Positions 18,972 to 28,486 of a DNA stretch of 64,000 nucleotides are shown here, piece after piece; position 1 is the first letter of the stretch, and each line of letters opens with the position of its first letter. The position numbers and the translations under genes were made by a program. Under the pieces are notes generated by a model. It was not told where the DNA came from, searched no databases, and saw only the letters and a program-made list of their open reading frames with translations. The stretch lies in the sequence record PP885733.1; one strand, written 5' to 3'.

Positions 18972-20939
18972 ATGTCTAATGGTATCAAACGACTACTTGA
19001 GTTACAAGGTTTGCTCAAGTATCACGATCACCTCTACCATACTCTCGATCAACCGATCATCTCTGATTCGGATTATGATATCCTGAAGTATGAGTATGAC
19101 GATCTCGCTAAAGAGCATCCCGAAGTGCTCGACCCTGAAGTTCGGCCGGGGTTCGTTGAACCACCCGCTCAACTGGGTAAAGTGACCATCACGGAACCGA
19201 TGATTTCTGTTGATAAGAAGAAGGATAAGGATTCTTATAACAAGTGGATTGCTACCAATGTTAAAACCGAAGCCATCGAAGAAGATAAGCTCGATGGTAT
19301 TGCACTTCGTTTCATCTATAATGATGGGGTCCTTGCTCGTATTCACACTCGTGGCAGGAACAATATTGGTGGGGATGTTTCGCACCGCCGTCATTTACTG
19401 AAGAACATTCCAGATACCTGCGAGTTACATGAAGACAAGAAAGAAGTTCACTTCACCGGTGAAGCTTATTGCCTGCGTGCTGACTTCGAAGCGTACTGTG
19501 CTCACCACAAGCTGGATATCAATGACACAGATCCTCGCTCCACTGTATCTGGTCTGATGAAACGTGGTGAATCAACTGAACGTGATGACCTGCCTGTATA
19601 TGTAACCATATACGGCGCCAGTCGCAACGTACGCGACGAATATGACACGTATCTGCAATTACGTGATCATATTCAGGAATGCGGCTTCGTCATTCCTAGA
19701 CTCATTGACGCAACCATGCGTGAAGAGTATCTGAACCTGACGGAACTACCAAAGTTGGAATACGCCATCGATGGTATTGTTGCTAAAGACAATGACCTGC
19801 GTAAATGGGAAGAAGAACAGACCGGTGAGTATTACACGTATGCCGTTTGTTACAAGTTCCCGACCGTCACACTGGAAACTACCGTAACAGGTATTGACTG
19901 GTCGTTGACCAACACAGGTGAGTTCATCGGTACGCTGATGTATAAACCGGTTGAATATGGCGGAACCAATCTGACTCGTTGTAAGTTCGACTACATGAAG
20001 AGTTACTTTGAGAAAGGTCTGCGTGTTGGATCGACTATCACAGTAACTAAGTCTAACGAAATCATTCCTAAGCTGATCTCTCTGGTAGAGCCAGGTAAAG
20101 GTGAGAAGTTGGACTTCCCTTCTAAGTGTCCGTTCTGTAATGGTCCGACTACACCAACCAACATCTCTGTGAAGTGTACTAACGGGGAATGTGAGGGTCA
20201 GATCGTTAAACGTCTGTTAGCTATCTTCTCTATCGATGCATTCAACATCCACGGTATGGGTGATAAACGCATTGAGCAGTTGGTTGCTATCGGTAAGTTA
20301 ACTCAGCCTGCCGACATCTTTAAACTGGATGACAACGATCTAATTGAAGGCGGTGTCCCTCCGGCTAGCACTGACAAGATTATTCAGGCTATTAAGGAAG
20401 TGGGTAAGAACGATCTGAGCAAATGGTTGTTCGCTTTGGCTATCCCATCTCTGGGTAAAGTACGTTGTGTTGAGTTGAGCAATCTCTCAGCAACTAACGG
20501 ACTGAATGATGGTCTGAAGTTTAGCAATCTGGCTGACTTTATGCGGATTATCACCGATGGTCAGGCAATGGTCGATATGTTCGGTCTGGATGGTGTTAAG
20601 ATCGCTGCTCACTGTAAGAAGCAAGAAGACCAGGTGACTAAGTTCTTAGCTCACTATGATTTCGGTCGCCCTGCACAGTTGGGCCTGGATGGTGTTCCTG
20701 TTGCTATCAGTGGTGCGTGGAATGGTTTAACTCGTCGTGACTTAACCGAAGTTCTTCGTCAGAACGATTTCGTATTAAGCGACTCGGTGACTAAAACCTG
20801 TAAAGCGTTGATCACTGGTTCTAAACCAAGTCCGTCCAAACTGGAAACAGCTAAACGTTACAACATCCCTGTATTTGACATCACTCAGATTCAGGATGTA
20901 AACGGTATCGTTAACCTGCTCGGTAACATCGGTCGTTAA
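18972..20939 (+). CDS. ligA: NAD-dependent DNA ligase (655 aa)
   Basis: Domain Ia YH...D..YD; motif I EDKLDG; HTRG; IDGIVAK; AVCYKF; Zn finger CPFC...C....C; HhH; C-terminal BRCT (SVTKTCKALITG...SKLETAKRYNIPV). Confidence 0.95.
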   Translation: MSNGIKRLLELQGLLKYHDHLYHTLDQPIISDSDYDILKYEYDDLAKEHPEVLDPEVRPGFVEPPAQLGKVTITEPMISVDKKKDKDSYNKWIATNVKTEAIEEDKLDGIALRFIYNDGVLARIHTRGRNNIGGDVSHRRHLLKNIPDTCELHEDKKEVHFTGEAYCLRADFEAYCAHHKLDINDTDPRSTVSGLMKRGESTERDDLPVYVTIYGASRNVRDEYDTYLQLRDHIQECGFVIPRLIDATMREEYLNLTELPKLEYAIDGIVAKDNDLRKWEEEQTGEYYTYAVCYKFPTVTLETTVTGIDWSLTNTGEFIGTLMYKPVEYGGTNLTRCKFDYMKSYFEKGLRVGSTITVTKSNEIIPKLISLVEPGKGEKLDFPSKCPFCNGPTTPTNISVKCTNGECEGQIVKRLLAIFSIDAFNIHGMGDKRIEQLVAIGKLTQPADIFKLDDNDLIEGGVPPASTDKIIQAIKEVGKNDLSKWLFALAIPSLGKVRCVELSNLSATNGLNDGLKFSNLADFMRIITDGQAMVDMFGLDGVKIAAHCKKQEDQVTKFLAHYDFGRPAQLGLDGVPVAISGAWNGLTRRDLTEVLRQNDFVLSDSVTKTCKALITGSKPSPSKLETAKRYNIPVFDITQIQDVNGIVNLLGNIGR

Positions 20940-20946
20940 TTAAAAC

Positions 20947-20969
20947 AACCCTATCTATTAGGTAGGGTT
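20947..20969 (+). terminator. Short hairpin after ligase
   Basis: AACCCTATCT-ATTA-GGTAGGGTT. Confidence 0.5.
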
Positions 20970-20990
20970 TAACCTTTCTGGAGAAAGATA

Positions 20991-21302
20991 ATGTTCTATA
21001 AATTCATGTTTGTATTTAGTTCCCGTCTAACTGATGCTCAGCTCAAGCAGGTTGAGGATATCATCGAAGCTGGCGAGAATGTCTATGCTGTTGATGTGAA
21101 ATCTCACTCCATCGATCTTATTGATCTACGTGGACAGTCAGAGTTGTCACAAGTGGCTAATAAAGTCGCTGACGCTCTGAAAGTTAAGCGCGTTGATAAC
21201 ATCAACCAGGACGGCTATCTGTTCATCATGCGCGGCGGTTCCACGCTCCAGTCTGCTGACATGAAACAACACGGCATCAGCAAAGCGGAGCGACTGTTCT
21301 AA
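20991..21302 (+). CDS. Hypothetical protein (103 aa)
   Basis: SD GGAGA; stop overlaps next start (TAATG). Confidence 0.65.
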   Translation: MFYKFMFVFSSRLTDAQLKQVEDIIEAGENVYAVDVKSHSIDLIDLRGQSELSQVANKVADALKVKRVDNINQDGYLFIMRGGSTLQSADMKQHGISKAERLF

Positions 21303-21880
21303 TGTTTGAACTCGAAATCACTCATAAGAAACTGGTCGCTCGTACCAACAGCGGTGTGTTGATCTGCGAACTGATTGAAACTCCGGTTAATCGTCATGGG
21401 TATTCCGACGTTCATTACGGTTCTCGTCTGTATGAGCCATCGGGCGGAGCTATTCACCAGGTCCCAATCCATTTGTTTGATGAACCAAACATCAAGCATC
21501 AATGGGACACCATCCTGGCGGTCCATCTTGATCTGCTCCGCAAGAACGCTCTGCTGACTGCCGATGATGGTCTGCTCCTTCTGACAGCACTGAAAGCGTA
21601 CTTCTGCACTAAAGGAGCTAACCACAGCAACGTCCCAACGTTTAATGGTGATCGTATTCCATTCCGTGAAGGCGTGTGGGAACACAAGCACGATGGGTGG
21701 ACGTACACACTGTTACGTCGCTTTAACAACAGCGGATACGTTAAGGATAAAGTTGTCCGGGTTCGTGAAGGTAAGGAAGGTGAGTATCACGTCGAAGAGA
21801 AACAATCCAAAGAGATGGGTTATCGGGAACACGCGCCTTATCCGATCTCTGTCGAAGGTGCTATTAACGTCTTTAAATGA
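21302..21880 (+). CDS. Hypothetical protein (192 aa)
   Basis: Translationally coupled to the upstream ORF. Confidence 0.65.
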   Translation: MFELEITHKKLVARTNSGVLICELIETPVNRHGYSDVHYGSRLYEPSGGAIHQVPIHLFDEPNIKHQWDTILAVHLDLLRKNALLTADDGLLLLTALKAYFCTKGANHSNVPTFNGDRIPFREGVWEHKHDGWTYTLLRRFNNSGYVKDKVVRVREGKEGEYHVEEKQSKEMGYREHAPYPISVEGAINVFK

Positions 21881-21896
21881 TAAATAAAGGAACTCT

Positions 21897-22382
21897 ATGG
21901 AGTATCACATATACACTGATGGTAGTTGCTTAGACAACAACCCGGCAGGAGGTCCCGGTGGTTGGGCTTGGGTAGCTACCTTTGGTGACATAAAGGTGGA
22001 GGGCTCCAAGGGGTATTTCAAATCGACCAATAACCGCATGGAAATCATGGCAGTGATAGAAGCATTGTCACAGCTACAGGAGCCATCGGTCGTTAAGATC
22101 TACACCGATAGCCAATACACTATCGATGGTGCAACCAAATGGGTTTATGGTTGGATTCGTAAGGGATGGATCCGAACCACTCAGTTTGGTGTTACCGAAG
22201 AAGTTAAGAATAAAGATTTGTTCCAACGTCTTCATTTACTAACCCGCTTTCATAAGGTCGAGTTCATTAAGGTTAAAGCGCACTGCGGTATTCCCGATAA
22301 CGAACGTTGTGACGTTCTGGCGAAACAAGCTGCCCGTAGCCCTACCGATATCGACGAAGGCTTCATTCCCAAAACCAAATAA
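21897..22382 (+). CDS. rnhA: Ribonuclease HI (161 aa)
   Basis: YTDGSC...NPAGGPGGW; STNNRMEIMAVIEAL; IYTDSQY; VKNKDL; KVKAH.G..DNERCDVLA. Confidence 0.96.
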   Translation: MEYHIYTDGSCLDNNPAGGPGGWAWVATFGDIKVEGSKGYFKSTNNRMEIMAVIEALSQLQEPSVVKIYTDSQYTIDGATKWVYGWIRKGWIRTTQFGVTEEVKNKDLFQRLHLLTRFHKVEFIKVKAHCGIPDNERCDVLAKQAARSPTDIDEGFIPKTK

Positions 22383-22391
22383 GGAACCTGA

Positions 22392-23006
22392 ATGCAACAT
22401 GTATCTTTGATCCCAGTCCTGAATGCCACTACCGAACAGTATTTCGTTGAACGTGTAAAAATCGAACCATTCGTGGTTGAGTTCGGCGTGAAAGACAAAT
22501 TCGATCGTGGCCCGCATTACAGTAGTCATCTGAAAGCCGGCATCGAAATCCCATTCGGATTACTGTGCAAGCTGAACTGTAATGAGTGGACTGTTAACGA
22601 TCAGATCGACATGACCACGCTGGCATTGAAAGGTCTGACTTTCGAAGCTGTCAACAAAGTAACCGGGCAAACCGAAATCCTGAACATCGGTACCCTGTTC
22701 GGCGTTGCAACTGCCCGCGCTCTCCCACCGACGTTCTCTTCCGAAGTTGACAACCGCATCGTTAACTTCGCAATGCGTCATTTCTCGACCAAACTGTTCC
22801 GCAATACCTTCACCGGCCAGAAGACTTCTATCTTCGGTGACGAAGAAGGTCAGACAGTTCACTTCAACTTCAAAGCAGATATCAATCAGGAAACCCTGAC
22901 GTCCTCTGCTGAAGTGACCAAATGTTCCAACCCAGACGTTGAACTGACCATTATCGGTTTCGACCTCTACGCTGAACATCGTAGCACCAGCTTAGCTGAT
23001 TGTTAA
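22392..23006 (+). CDS. Hypothetical protein, probable paralog of 16621..17181 (204 aa)
   Basis: SD AAGGA; shared S.LK.G.....LLC...W.V.D....T.A....F motif. Confidence 0.65.
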   Translation: MQHVSLIPVLNATTEQYFVERVKIEPFVVEFGVKDKFDRGPHYSSHLKAGIEIPFGLLCKLNCNEWTVNDQIDMTTLALKGLTFEAVNKVTGQTEILNIGTLFGVATARALPPTFSSEVDNRIVNFAMRHFSTKLFRNTFTGQKTSIFGDEEGQTVHFNFKADINQETLTSSAEVTKCSNPDVELTIIGFDLYAEHRSTSLADC

Positions 23007-23013
23007 CAGGGAT

Positions 23014-23037
23014 GAGCCTTAGGATATCCTAAGGCTC
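23014..23037. terminator. Perfect 24-bp palindrome / terminator
   Basis: GAGCCTTAGGATATCCTAAGGCTC followed by a T-rich tract with TATG at 23044 and 23066. Confidence 0.7.
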
Positions 23038-23092
23038 TCCTTATATGTCTTTATTTTTCTCATTTTATGTTACCTAAACTGAGGCTTACGAA

Positions 23093-25429
23093 ATGCAATT
23101 AGTAACTTGTGCGTTTCCTGGGACTGGTAAATCTACCATCTCCAAGAACGCTGAGCAGTACGGACTGAAACATTGTCACGTTCATTTCAACGATCATACT
23201 CGTGAATACGAACTGACAATTCCTGCCGGTCCTGGCGTACCAGTGTTCGACTCTGACTCATCTGTGTTCGACAAGAGCGAATTCCCTGGTAACTATATTA
23301 AGCACATTAAGGAAGTCCTGGCGACTTGTCCTGAAGTGGTTATCTTTGTGTCTTCCCACGATAACGTACGGGCTGCTTTGAAAGAAGCCGGTATCGAGTA
23401 TCAATTGGCTTATCCTGAGCGTCAACTGAAGGGTGACTACATCGAGCGTTATAAACAGCGCGGTAGTTCCGAGTTCTTCATTAACCTGATGGATACCAAG
23501 TGGAATGACTTCATCGACTCTTGCGAAAGTGATGATGGGGTCAAACGACACATCATTTTATCTGAAGGAGAATTCCTCGTGGATCAACTGAAAGACGTCC
23601 TGGGTCAGCCCCTTGACATTGTTCCCGATGACACCGTTATCGAACAACCGTCTACCACTCTGGTGGATCCAGTTTTCCCTACTGCTATTATCAGCGGTAA
23701 CGAAAGCATCGGCGATATCGTCTGTGATGACGTAGGTCGTCCTGTAGCTGCCTGGGGCGCTAATGGCCTGGAGCCATTGCCTGCTCAGACTCCAGACACC
23801 TCTGTGGTTGTGACCACTGACGCATTCGGCCTGGAAGTAGCTCCCGAAGCTCCTCCCGCTGTAGCTGATCCCGTTGTTGAAGGCGCTGACGTTGTAGCGA
23901 CACCTGATTTCTCTACCGCCATTGTGACTGGTACTGAATCAATCGGTGACATCGTTTACAACGACATTGGTGTTGAAGTTGCAGTAGTTGGTGAAGATGG
24001 TCTTCAACCTTTGCCGGAAACTGCTCCTGGTAATATTGCTCCAGCTGAAGCTTTACCTGCGAACGTGATCGCTGAAGTTCAGGCTGTTCCTGAAACTCCA
24101 GTTCCTGTCGTAACTGACGGCCCGGCTGGTGATGTACCTTCTGTACTGAACCTGCCAGAAGAAATGCAAGCTCCTACCAACATCGAAATCCCTCAGCTGG
24201 ATATCGTTGCTGACAATGACGAACCACAGGTTGCTCTGAACCCAGAGTCCGGTGATGTTGTTGTTACTACCGATGTCGGCGTGACTGTCGAAGTTGATCC
24301 AGGTGCTGGCACTACCGAAATCAAACAGGGCGAAGACACTGTGATCGTTGACAACAACGTGACCACTGTTGCGGGCAATGAGAGTTCTGAAGAGAACCCT
24401 ACCGATCTGCCGGTTCCTGTTGATAACCTGCCCCCAGCAATGAAAGAGCTGGATAAAGCAGACCTGATCGAAAACTACTTCGAACTGGACGATGACATTA
24501 CTGTCCTTCAGTCAGTCGTTGAAGTTTGTCAGACCGATGCCCGTGATGGTCTGGAAGGTTATGAAGATGGCGGTGTCGTCTTCCAGCAGGCTGTTGAACA
24601 TCTGAAGACTCGCTACGGCAAAGAAGTAGAACCTACTCTGGCCGGTCTGGAAGGTTTCCTGGATGCGATCAAAAATGCTTTCACCGCTATCGGTGAGAAG
24701 ATCAAAGGTCAGCCTAACAAAGAGCAGCTGGCTAAGGTTAAGAAGTACCTGTTCGAAGCAGAGAAAGCTTTCCTTACCTACGGTACTGACAAATGGATTA
24801 ACTCTCAGAAGTTGATCAACGTCGGTAAAGTGAAGCTCCAGGTTCCTGTGATCCTGAAAGACGTGAACTCTGCGTCTGATGTCGATTCCATTCTGAAGCT
24901 GATCAACGAGCGTGTTCTGAAAGCGTTTAAGAACCACGACGCTAATGCCGCAGCTCGCCTTCGCGCTGGTCTGAAAGTATTCAACCAGTTTAAGAAGAAA
25001 CCTGAAGATACTGATATCGCTGAACTGGGTAAAGAACTTCCTATTTCTCCAGAGAAGATCTCTACCGGCGGTTCTGCTGATGCAGGTATCAATAACCTCG
25101 ATACCAAGTTCGTTGCTGGGGAATTCCCGGTTCTGAACGCGGCTGGTATTAAAGAGATCTCCAAAGTTGTCGAAGGTATCATTGACGTTTCCTTCCACAT
25201 GCTGAAAGCAATGGAAGGTTACGAAGATAAGACCCTGGCTGACTCTGACTTCTGGGATTCCGATTTCTTCGATAAGCACTCTGAATCTGATTCAGTCGAC
25301 GCAGTAATGGCTTGCACCATTTACGATCGTATTACTGATCAGCTCCAGGATATCGATTACATGTACGGTCAGAAACTCCTGAACGTCTGTAAGTTCCTGG
25401 AAATGTGGATCCTGCAATCCACTAAGTAA
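23093..25429 (+). CDS. Fusion: N-terminal P-loop NTPase-like domain + acidic Pro/Val-rich propeptide + internal head (ejection)-protein-like domain (778 aa)
   Basis: AFPGTGKS Walker A, FDSDSS; acidic low-complexity linker; G-x-E motifs (GNE-S, GTE-S, GLE-G); AGLEGFLDAIKNAF resembles the mature N-termini of phiKZ-like head proteins (recall). Confidence 0.6.
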   Translation: MQLVTCAFPGTGKSTISKNAEQYGLKHCHVHFNDHTREYELTIPAGPGVPVFDSDSSVFDKSEFPGNYIKHIKEVLATCPEVVIFVSSHDNVRAALKEAGIEYQLAYPERQLKGDYIERYKQRGSSEFFINLMDTKWNDFIDSCESDDGVKRHIILSEGEFLVDQLKDVLGQPLDIVPDDTVIEQPSTTLVDPVFPTAIISGNESIGDIVCDDVGRPVAAWGANGLEPLPAQTPDTSVVVTTDAFGLEVAPEAPPAVADPVVEGADVVATPDFSTAIVTGTESIGDIVYNDIGVEVAVVGEDGLQPLPETAPGNIAPAEALPANVIAEVQAVPETPVPVVTDGPAGDVPSVLNLPEEMQAPTNIEIPQLDIVADNDEPQVALNPESGDVVVTTDVGVTVEVDPGAGTTEIKQGEDTVIVDNNVTTVAGNESSEENPTDLPVPVDNLPPAMKELDKADLIENYFELDDDITVLQSVVEVCQTDARDGLEGYEDGGVVFQQAVEHLKTRYGKEVEPTLAGLEGFLDAIKNAFTAIGEKIKGQPNKEQLAKVKKYLFEAEKAFLTYGTDKWINSQKLINVGKVKLQVPVILKDVNSASDVDSILKLINERVLKAFKNHDANAAARLRAGLKVFNQFKKKPEDTDIAELGKELPISPEKISTGGSADAGINNLDTKFVAGEFPVLNAAGIKEISKVVEGIIDVSFHMLKAMEGYEDKTLADSDFWDSDFFDKHSESDSVDAVMACTIYDRITDQLQDIDYMYGQKLLNVCKFLEMWILQSTK

Positions 25430-25446
25430 TTAATAAAAACTACAAC

Positions 25447-25477
25447 TCGGAATAGGTGGGGGAACCTGCCTATTCTG
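25447..25477 (+). terminator. Hairpin after head-protein-like gene
   Basis: TCGGAATAGGTGG...CTGCCTATTCTGA followed by TTTGTTT. Confidence 0.6.
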
Positions 25478-25546
25478 ATTTGTTTAAAGTCTGAACTGGC
25501 CGAGCCTAATTGCTCCGCTAATCCACGCTTAATAAGGAAAATGTAA

Positions 25547-26926
25547 ATGTCTCGTGCTTCTGATATCCGTACTTATGTTGTTGGTAAACTGCCTTCTTGC
25601 ACTATCTCCCAGATCCTGAAAGTTGTGGCCAGGATTGAGCACTCAGTCAACCATCTCATCGACCTTCATAAGGATCGTGAACGTCCACCATTCAAAGTGG
25701 AATTCGCCAACCTTTCTTTCGAACTGAAAGGTAATCGCCTGCATACCAAGCAAGGTACCATTTTCTCCGCCAGTGCTTTAACAAGTTTCCGTGAAGTGCT
25801 GGAAATCATGGCAGGTCCAATGAACCTGGGTGATCGTACTTTCGATAAGCTGTATCCTCCGATCTACAGCGACGTTCTGTACGCTTGCGGTAATAACCGT
25901 ACAGATATGGCTAACCTCATCGCTGAGATCTTCAGCGGGCTTCTGAAGCGTTATCAGAACCGTTCTCGTGCTGGTGCAAACAACGACTATCAGTTCAAGT
26001 ACAAGTTTGCCGGTGATCAACGTTATGTGACTGTCGATATTAAAGACATCTCGTTTGATGACAGCGATCATGTAACCTTCAAACTTCAGGCAAGTACCGA
26101 AATCCTCTCCAACGCTTTGGGCGGGACTCATCGTGTACCAATGCCTACCAAGAAACTCGGTGATGCTCGCATTGCTCAGTTCATGGGTAGTAAGTTTGTT
26201 GAAGTACAGCTCAGAGATTCAATGAACACTCTGATCTCTGGTCTGCATCGCTTCGGATTGCAAACATGCGATATCGTTCAATTGTTCCACCTGTATCAGG
26301 GCTGGCATAAAGGTAACAAACTCACTCTGTCTGTTTACGGTGAGAATGAAGTCAGCGAGCCATATCGTATTGTATTCGGTCGCGCTGAGCCACAGTTCAA
26401 TCAGGTCAGTGTTGTTATCCATCACGGCAACAAGTCGATCATCCTGGGTAGCAATTTCAACGTTACTGAGTTGGGGGTTGATATCACAGCCTGGTCTGAA
26501 ATGCGTGGTCCTCAGATCACTCAGGATGTTCCATTCGGTACCGCTACTCTGGAAGCTGGGTTTGGCTTCATGACTCCACAGAGCAAAGCACTGGCAACAT
26601 TGATCAATGATGTCCCTTGCCATCCTGATTCATTCGGAACTAACTACGGTGCGCATATCGGAGAAGCACTTCATTGCGTGCAAGTTGTCGGAATCAAATC
26701 AAGCGGTTTGATGGTTCGTATTATCACTTACACTTTACAGGGTATGAGCACGACTCTGGGTACAGTTAACCAAGCATCGGCTCAAGAATTTCTCGATGTT
26801 CACGATGATTACTCTCAGGCTGTTGACTTCCTCAATACCGACGAGCGTAAAGTTAACTGGGAAGATGTCAAACCTGGGAAGGTTGGATTCTGGACTAAAC
26901 TGAAAAACTGGTTTAAAGCCGCATAA
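25547..26926 (+). CDS. Hypothetical protein (459 aa)
   Basis: SD AAGGA, long ORF with phage-typical codon usage. Confidence 0.75.
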   Translation: MSRASDIRTYVVGKLPSCTISQILKVVARIEHSVNHLIDLHKDRERPPFKVEFANLSFELKGNRLHTKQGTIFSASALTSFREVLEIMAGPMNLGDRTFDKLYPPIYSDVLYACGNNRTDMANLIAEIFSGLLKRYQNRSRAGANNDYQFKYKFAGDQRYVTVDIKDISFDDSDHVTFKLQASTEILSNALGGTHRVPMPTKKLGDARIAQFMGSKFVEVQLRDSMNTLISGLHRFGLQTCDIVQLFHLYQGWHKGNKLTLSVYGENEVSEPYRIVFGRAEPQFNQVSVVIHHGNKSIILGSNFNVTELGVDITAWSEMRGPQITQDVPFGTATLEAGFGFMTPQSKALATLINDVPCHPDSFGTNYGAHIGEALHCVQVVGIKSSGLMVRIITYTLQGMSTTLGTVNQASAQEFLDVHDDYSQAVDFLNTDERKVNWEDVKPGKVGFWTKLKNWFKAA

Positions 26927-26932
26927 GGACAT

Positions 26933-26960
26933 CCTCTACTACCTTTCGGGGTAGTAGGGG
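26933..26960 (+). terminator. UUCG hairpin followed by TTTATG
   Basis: CCTCTACTACCT-TTCG-GGGTAGTAGGGG. Confidence 0.75.
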
Positions 26961-26998
26961 TTTATGTCGTTTGTTTTTATTTTGCATAAAAAGACAAG

Positions 26999-27021
26999 CA
27001 GATATTATCACAGTAATAAGC
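26999..27021 (+). promoter_or_regulatory. Putative phage early promoter
   Basis: CAGATATTATCACAGTAATAAGC, T-rich upstream; near-identical to 36388..36410. Confidence 0.6.
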
Positions 27022-27056
27022 TGTACCTAATTTATTTTACATAGAAGGAATACCTA

Positions 27057-27824
27057 ATGAAAATCGCTGATAAAAACAAATTCACCTTTACTACTATTGA
27101 AGCACTTGGCTGGTACGTATACCTGCTTAAAGATCCACGCAATGGAGAAGTGTTCTATGTTGGTAAGGGTTGCGCTAACCGTGTGTTCGCTCACGTTACC
27201 GAAAGTATTAATTCCCCACGTGCTACTGATAAGTTAGATCGTATCCGTGAAATCAAAGATGCGGGTTATGAAGTGACTCACGTTATTCATCGTCACGGCA
27301 TGACCGAGGAATCTGCTTTTGAGGTAGAAGCTTCTCTGATCGACCTGTTCCCTAACCTGACTAATGCAGTTCTGGGTAATGGTGCGGGGCGTGGTCCTAA
27401 GACGATCAAACAAATCAACGAGATGTATGATCCAGAAATTGCTGTCTTTGGTGACTTGAAAGTGTTGATGATTAAGATCAACAACTCCTACGGGAAAATC
27501 AACACCATGGACGCAACCTGTTTCTCATGGAAACTGTCTGCTAAGAAACTGATGGAAGCAGATGTGGTATTGGGCGTAACGAACGGTGTTGTTCGTTGTG
27601 TTCTCGAACCAAAAGGCTGGCACTTCTCTGATCCAGTTAAAGACAAAGAAATGTGGGACCACTATGACTTCTTTGGTCTGGGTGAAGATCGTAAACAGAT
27701 CAAACGTAAGGTGATCGAGGCGATTCCTGCATGGGGTCCGTATCAAGAAAGATTCCTGGGTAAAGCAATCCCAGAACAATATTCAATGAAAGGTTCTCAA
27801 CAAGCCCTTCGCTACAACTACTAA
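27057..27824 (+). CDS. GIY-YIG nuclease, LEM-3/ANKLE1-like (COG3680-type) (255 aa)
   Basis: WYVYLLKDPRNGEVFYVGKG...RVFAH; LDRIREI; E..AFEVEASLID; LTN..G. Confidence 0.85.
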   Translation: MKIADKNKFTFTTIEALGWYVYLLKDPRNGEVFYVGKGCANRVFAHVTESINSPRATDKLDRIREIKDAGYEVTHVIHRHGMTEESAFEVEASLIDLFPNLTNAVLGNGAGRGPKTIKQINEMYDPEIAVFGDLKVLMIKINNSYGKINTMDATCFSWKLSAKKLMEADVVLGVTNGVVRCVLEPKGWHFSDPVKDKEMWDHYDFFGLGEDRKQIKRKVIEAIPAWGPYQERFLGKAIPEQYSMKGSQQALRYNY

Positions 27825-27841
27825 CATAGAGGAAAGTAATC

Positions 27842-28201
27842 ATGGCTAAGTACAACAACCAATCTATCATGGTCGTCAAGAATATGCTGGTAACCCGTCT
27901 GCAATATCTGATTGCCAAATCTAAACTGCACCACTCCCAGGCTCAGATAGCAAGAGACCTCGGTGTGAGCCCTATGATCATCTCTAAGCTTGCCCGCGGC
28001 ATTGGGAAGGGAATTAGCTTCGATGCTTTGCTAGTCGTCGCAGAACGCTCCAAATTGCGTTATATGATCGCAATGAGTTTTGACGGCTACGGCAATCGTA
28101 AGTACAAGTTGGAACTGGAACCGGTTTATGAATCAATCGCATCTCGTGTGGTTGACAAACTGGGTTCTCTGTTCACCCCTTCTGGAAAGTTTGCTAACTA
28201 A
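27842..28201 (+). CDS. XRE/Cro-C1 HTH DNA-binding protein (119 aa)
   Basis: SQAQIARDLGVSPMIISKLARG...ISFDALL. Confidence 0.75.
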   Translation: MAKYNNQSIMVVKNMLVTRLQYLIAKSKLHHSQAQIARDLGVSPMIISKLARGIGKGISFDALLVVAERSKLRYMIAMSFDGYGNRKYKLELEPVYESIASRVVDKLGSLFTPSGKFAN

Positions 28202-28210
28202 GAGGTAGTC

Positions 28211-28486
28211 ATGCCACGTTTAGGTATTAACGTTCCGCAGCTCATCAAACAAGCTATCTATCGTCCCATCTTTGACGAGATGAGTAAGCTGAAGAAAATG
28301 CACACTCATGCGGAGTTGGGCAAGATCTTCGACGTTAATCGTTCTATGATCAACAACATCGTTAATGGGGATATTCATACTGTCAGCTTAGACAAGTTAA
28401 TCCCCATTGCCAATAAACTTGGTATCGAAATCAACATCACCACAACTGTTAATGGTGAAGATACCGTAACTCAAATCACTAAGTGA
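28211..28486 (+). CDS. XRE/Cro-C1 HTH DNA-binding protein (91 aa)
   Basis: THAELGKIFDVNRSMINNIVNG...VSLDKLIPIANKLG. Confidence 0.78.
   Translation: MPRLGINVPQLIKQAIYRPIFDEMSKLKKMHTHAELGKIFDVNRSMINNIVNGDIHTVSLDKLIPIANKLGIEINITTTVNGEDTVTQITK

Noticed and set aside
14104-22382. SbcC without adjacent SbcD, NAD ligase and RNase H as novelties
   Set aside because: These are ordinary components of jumbo-phage replication/repair; the SbcD partner is commonly encoded elsewhere
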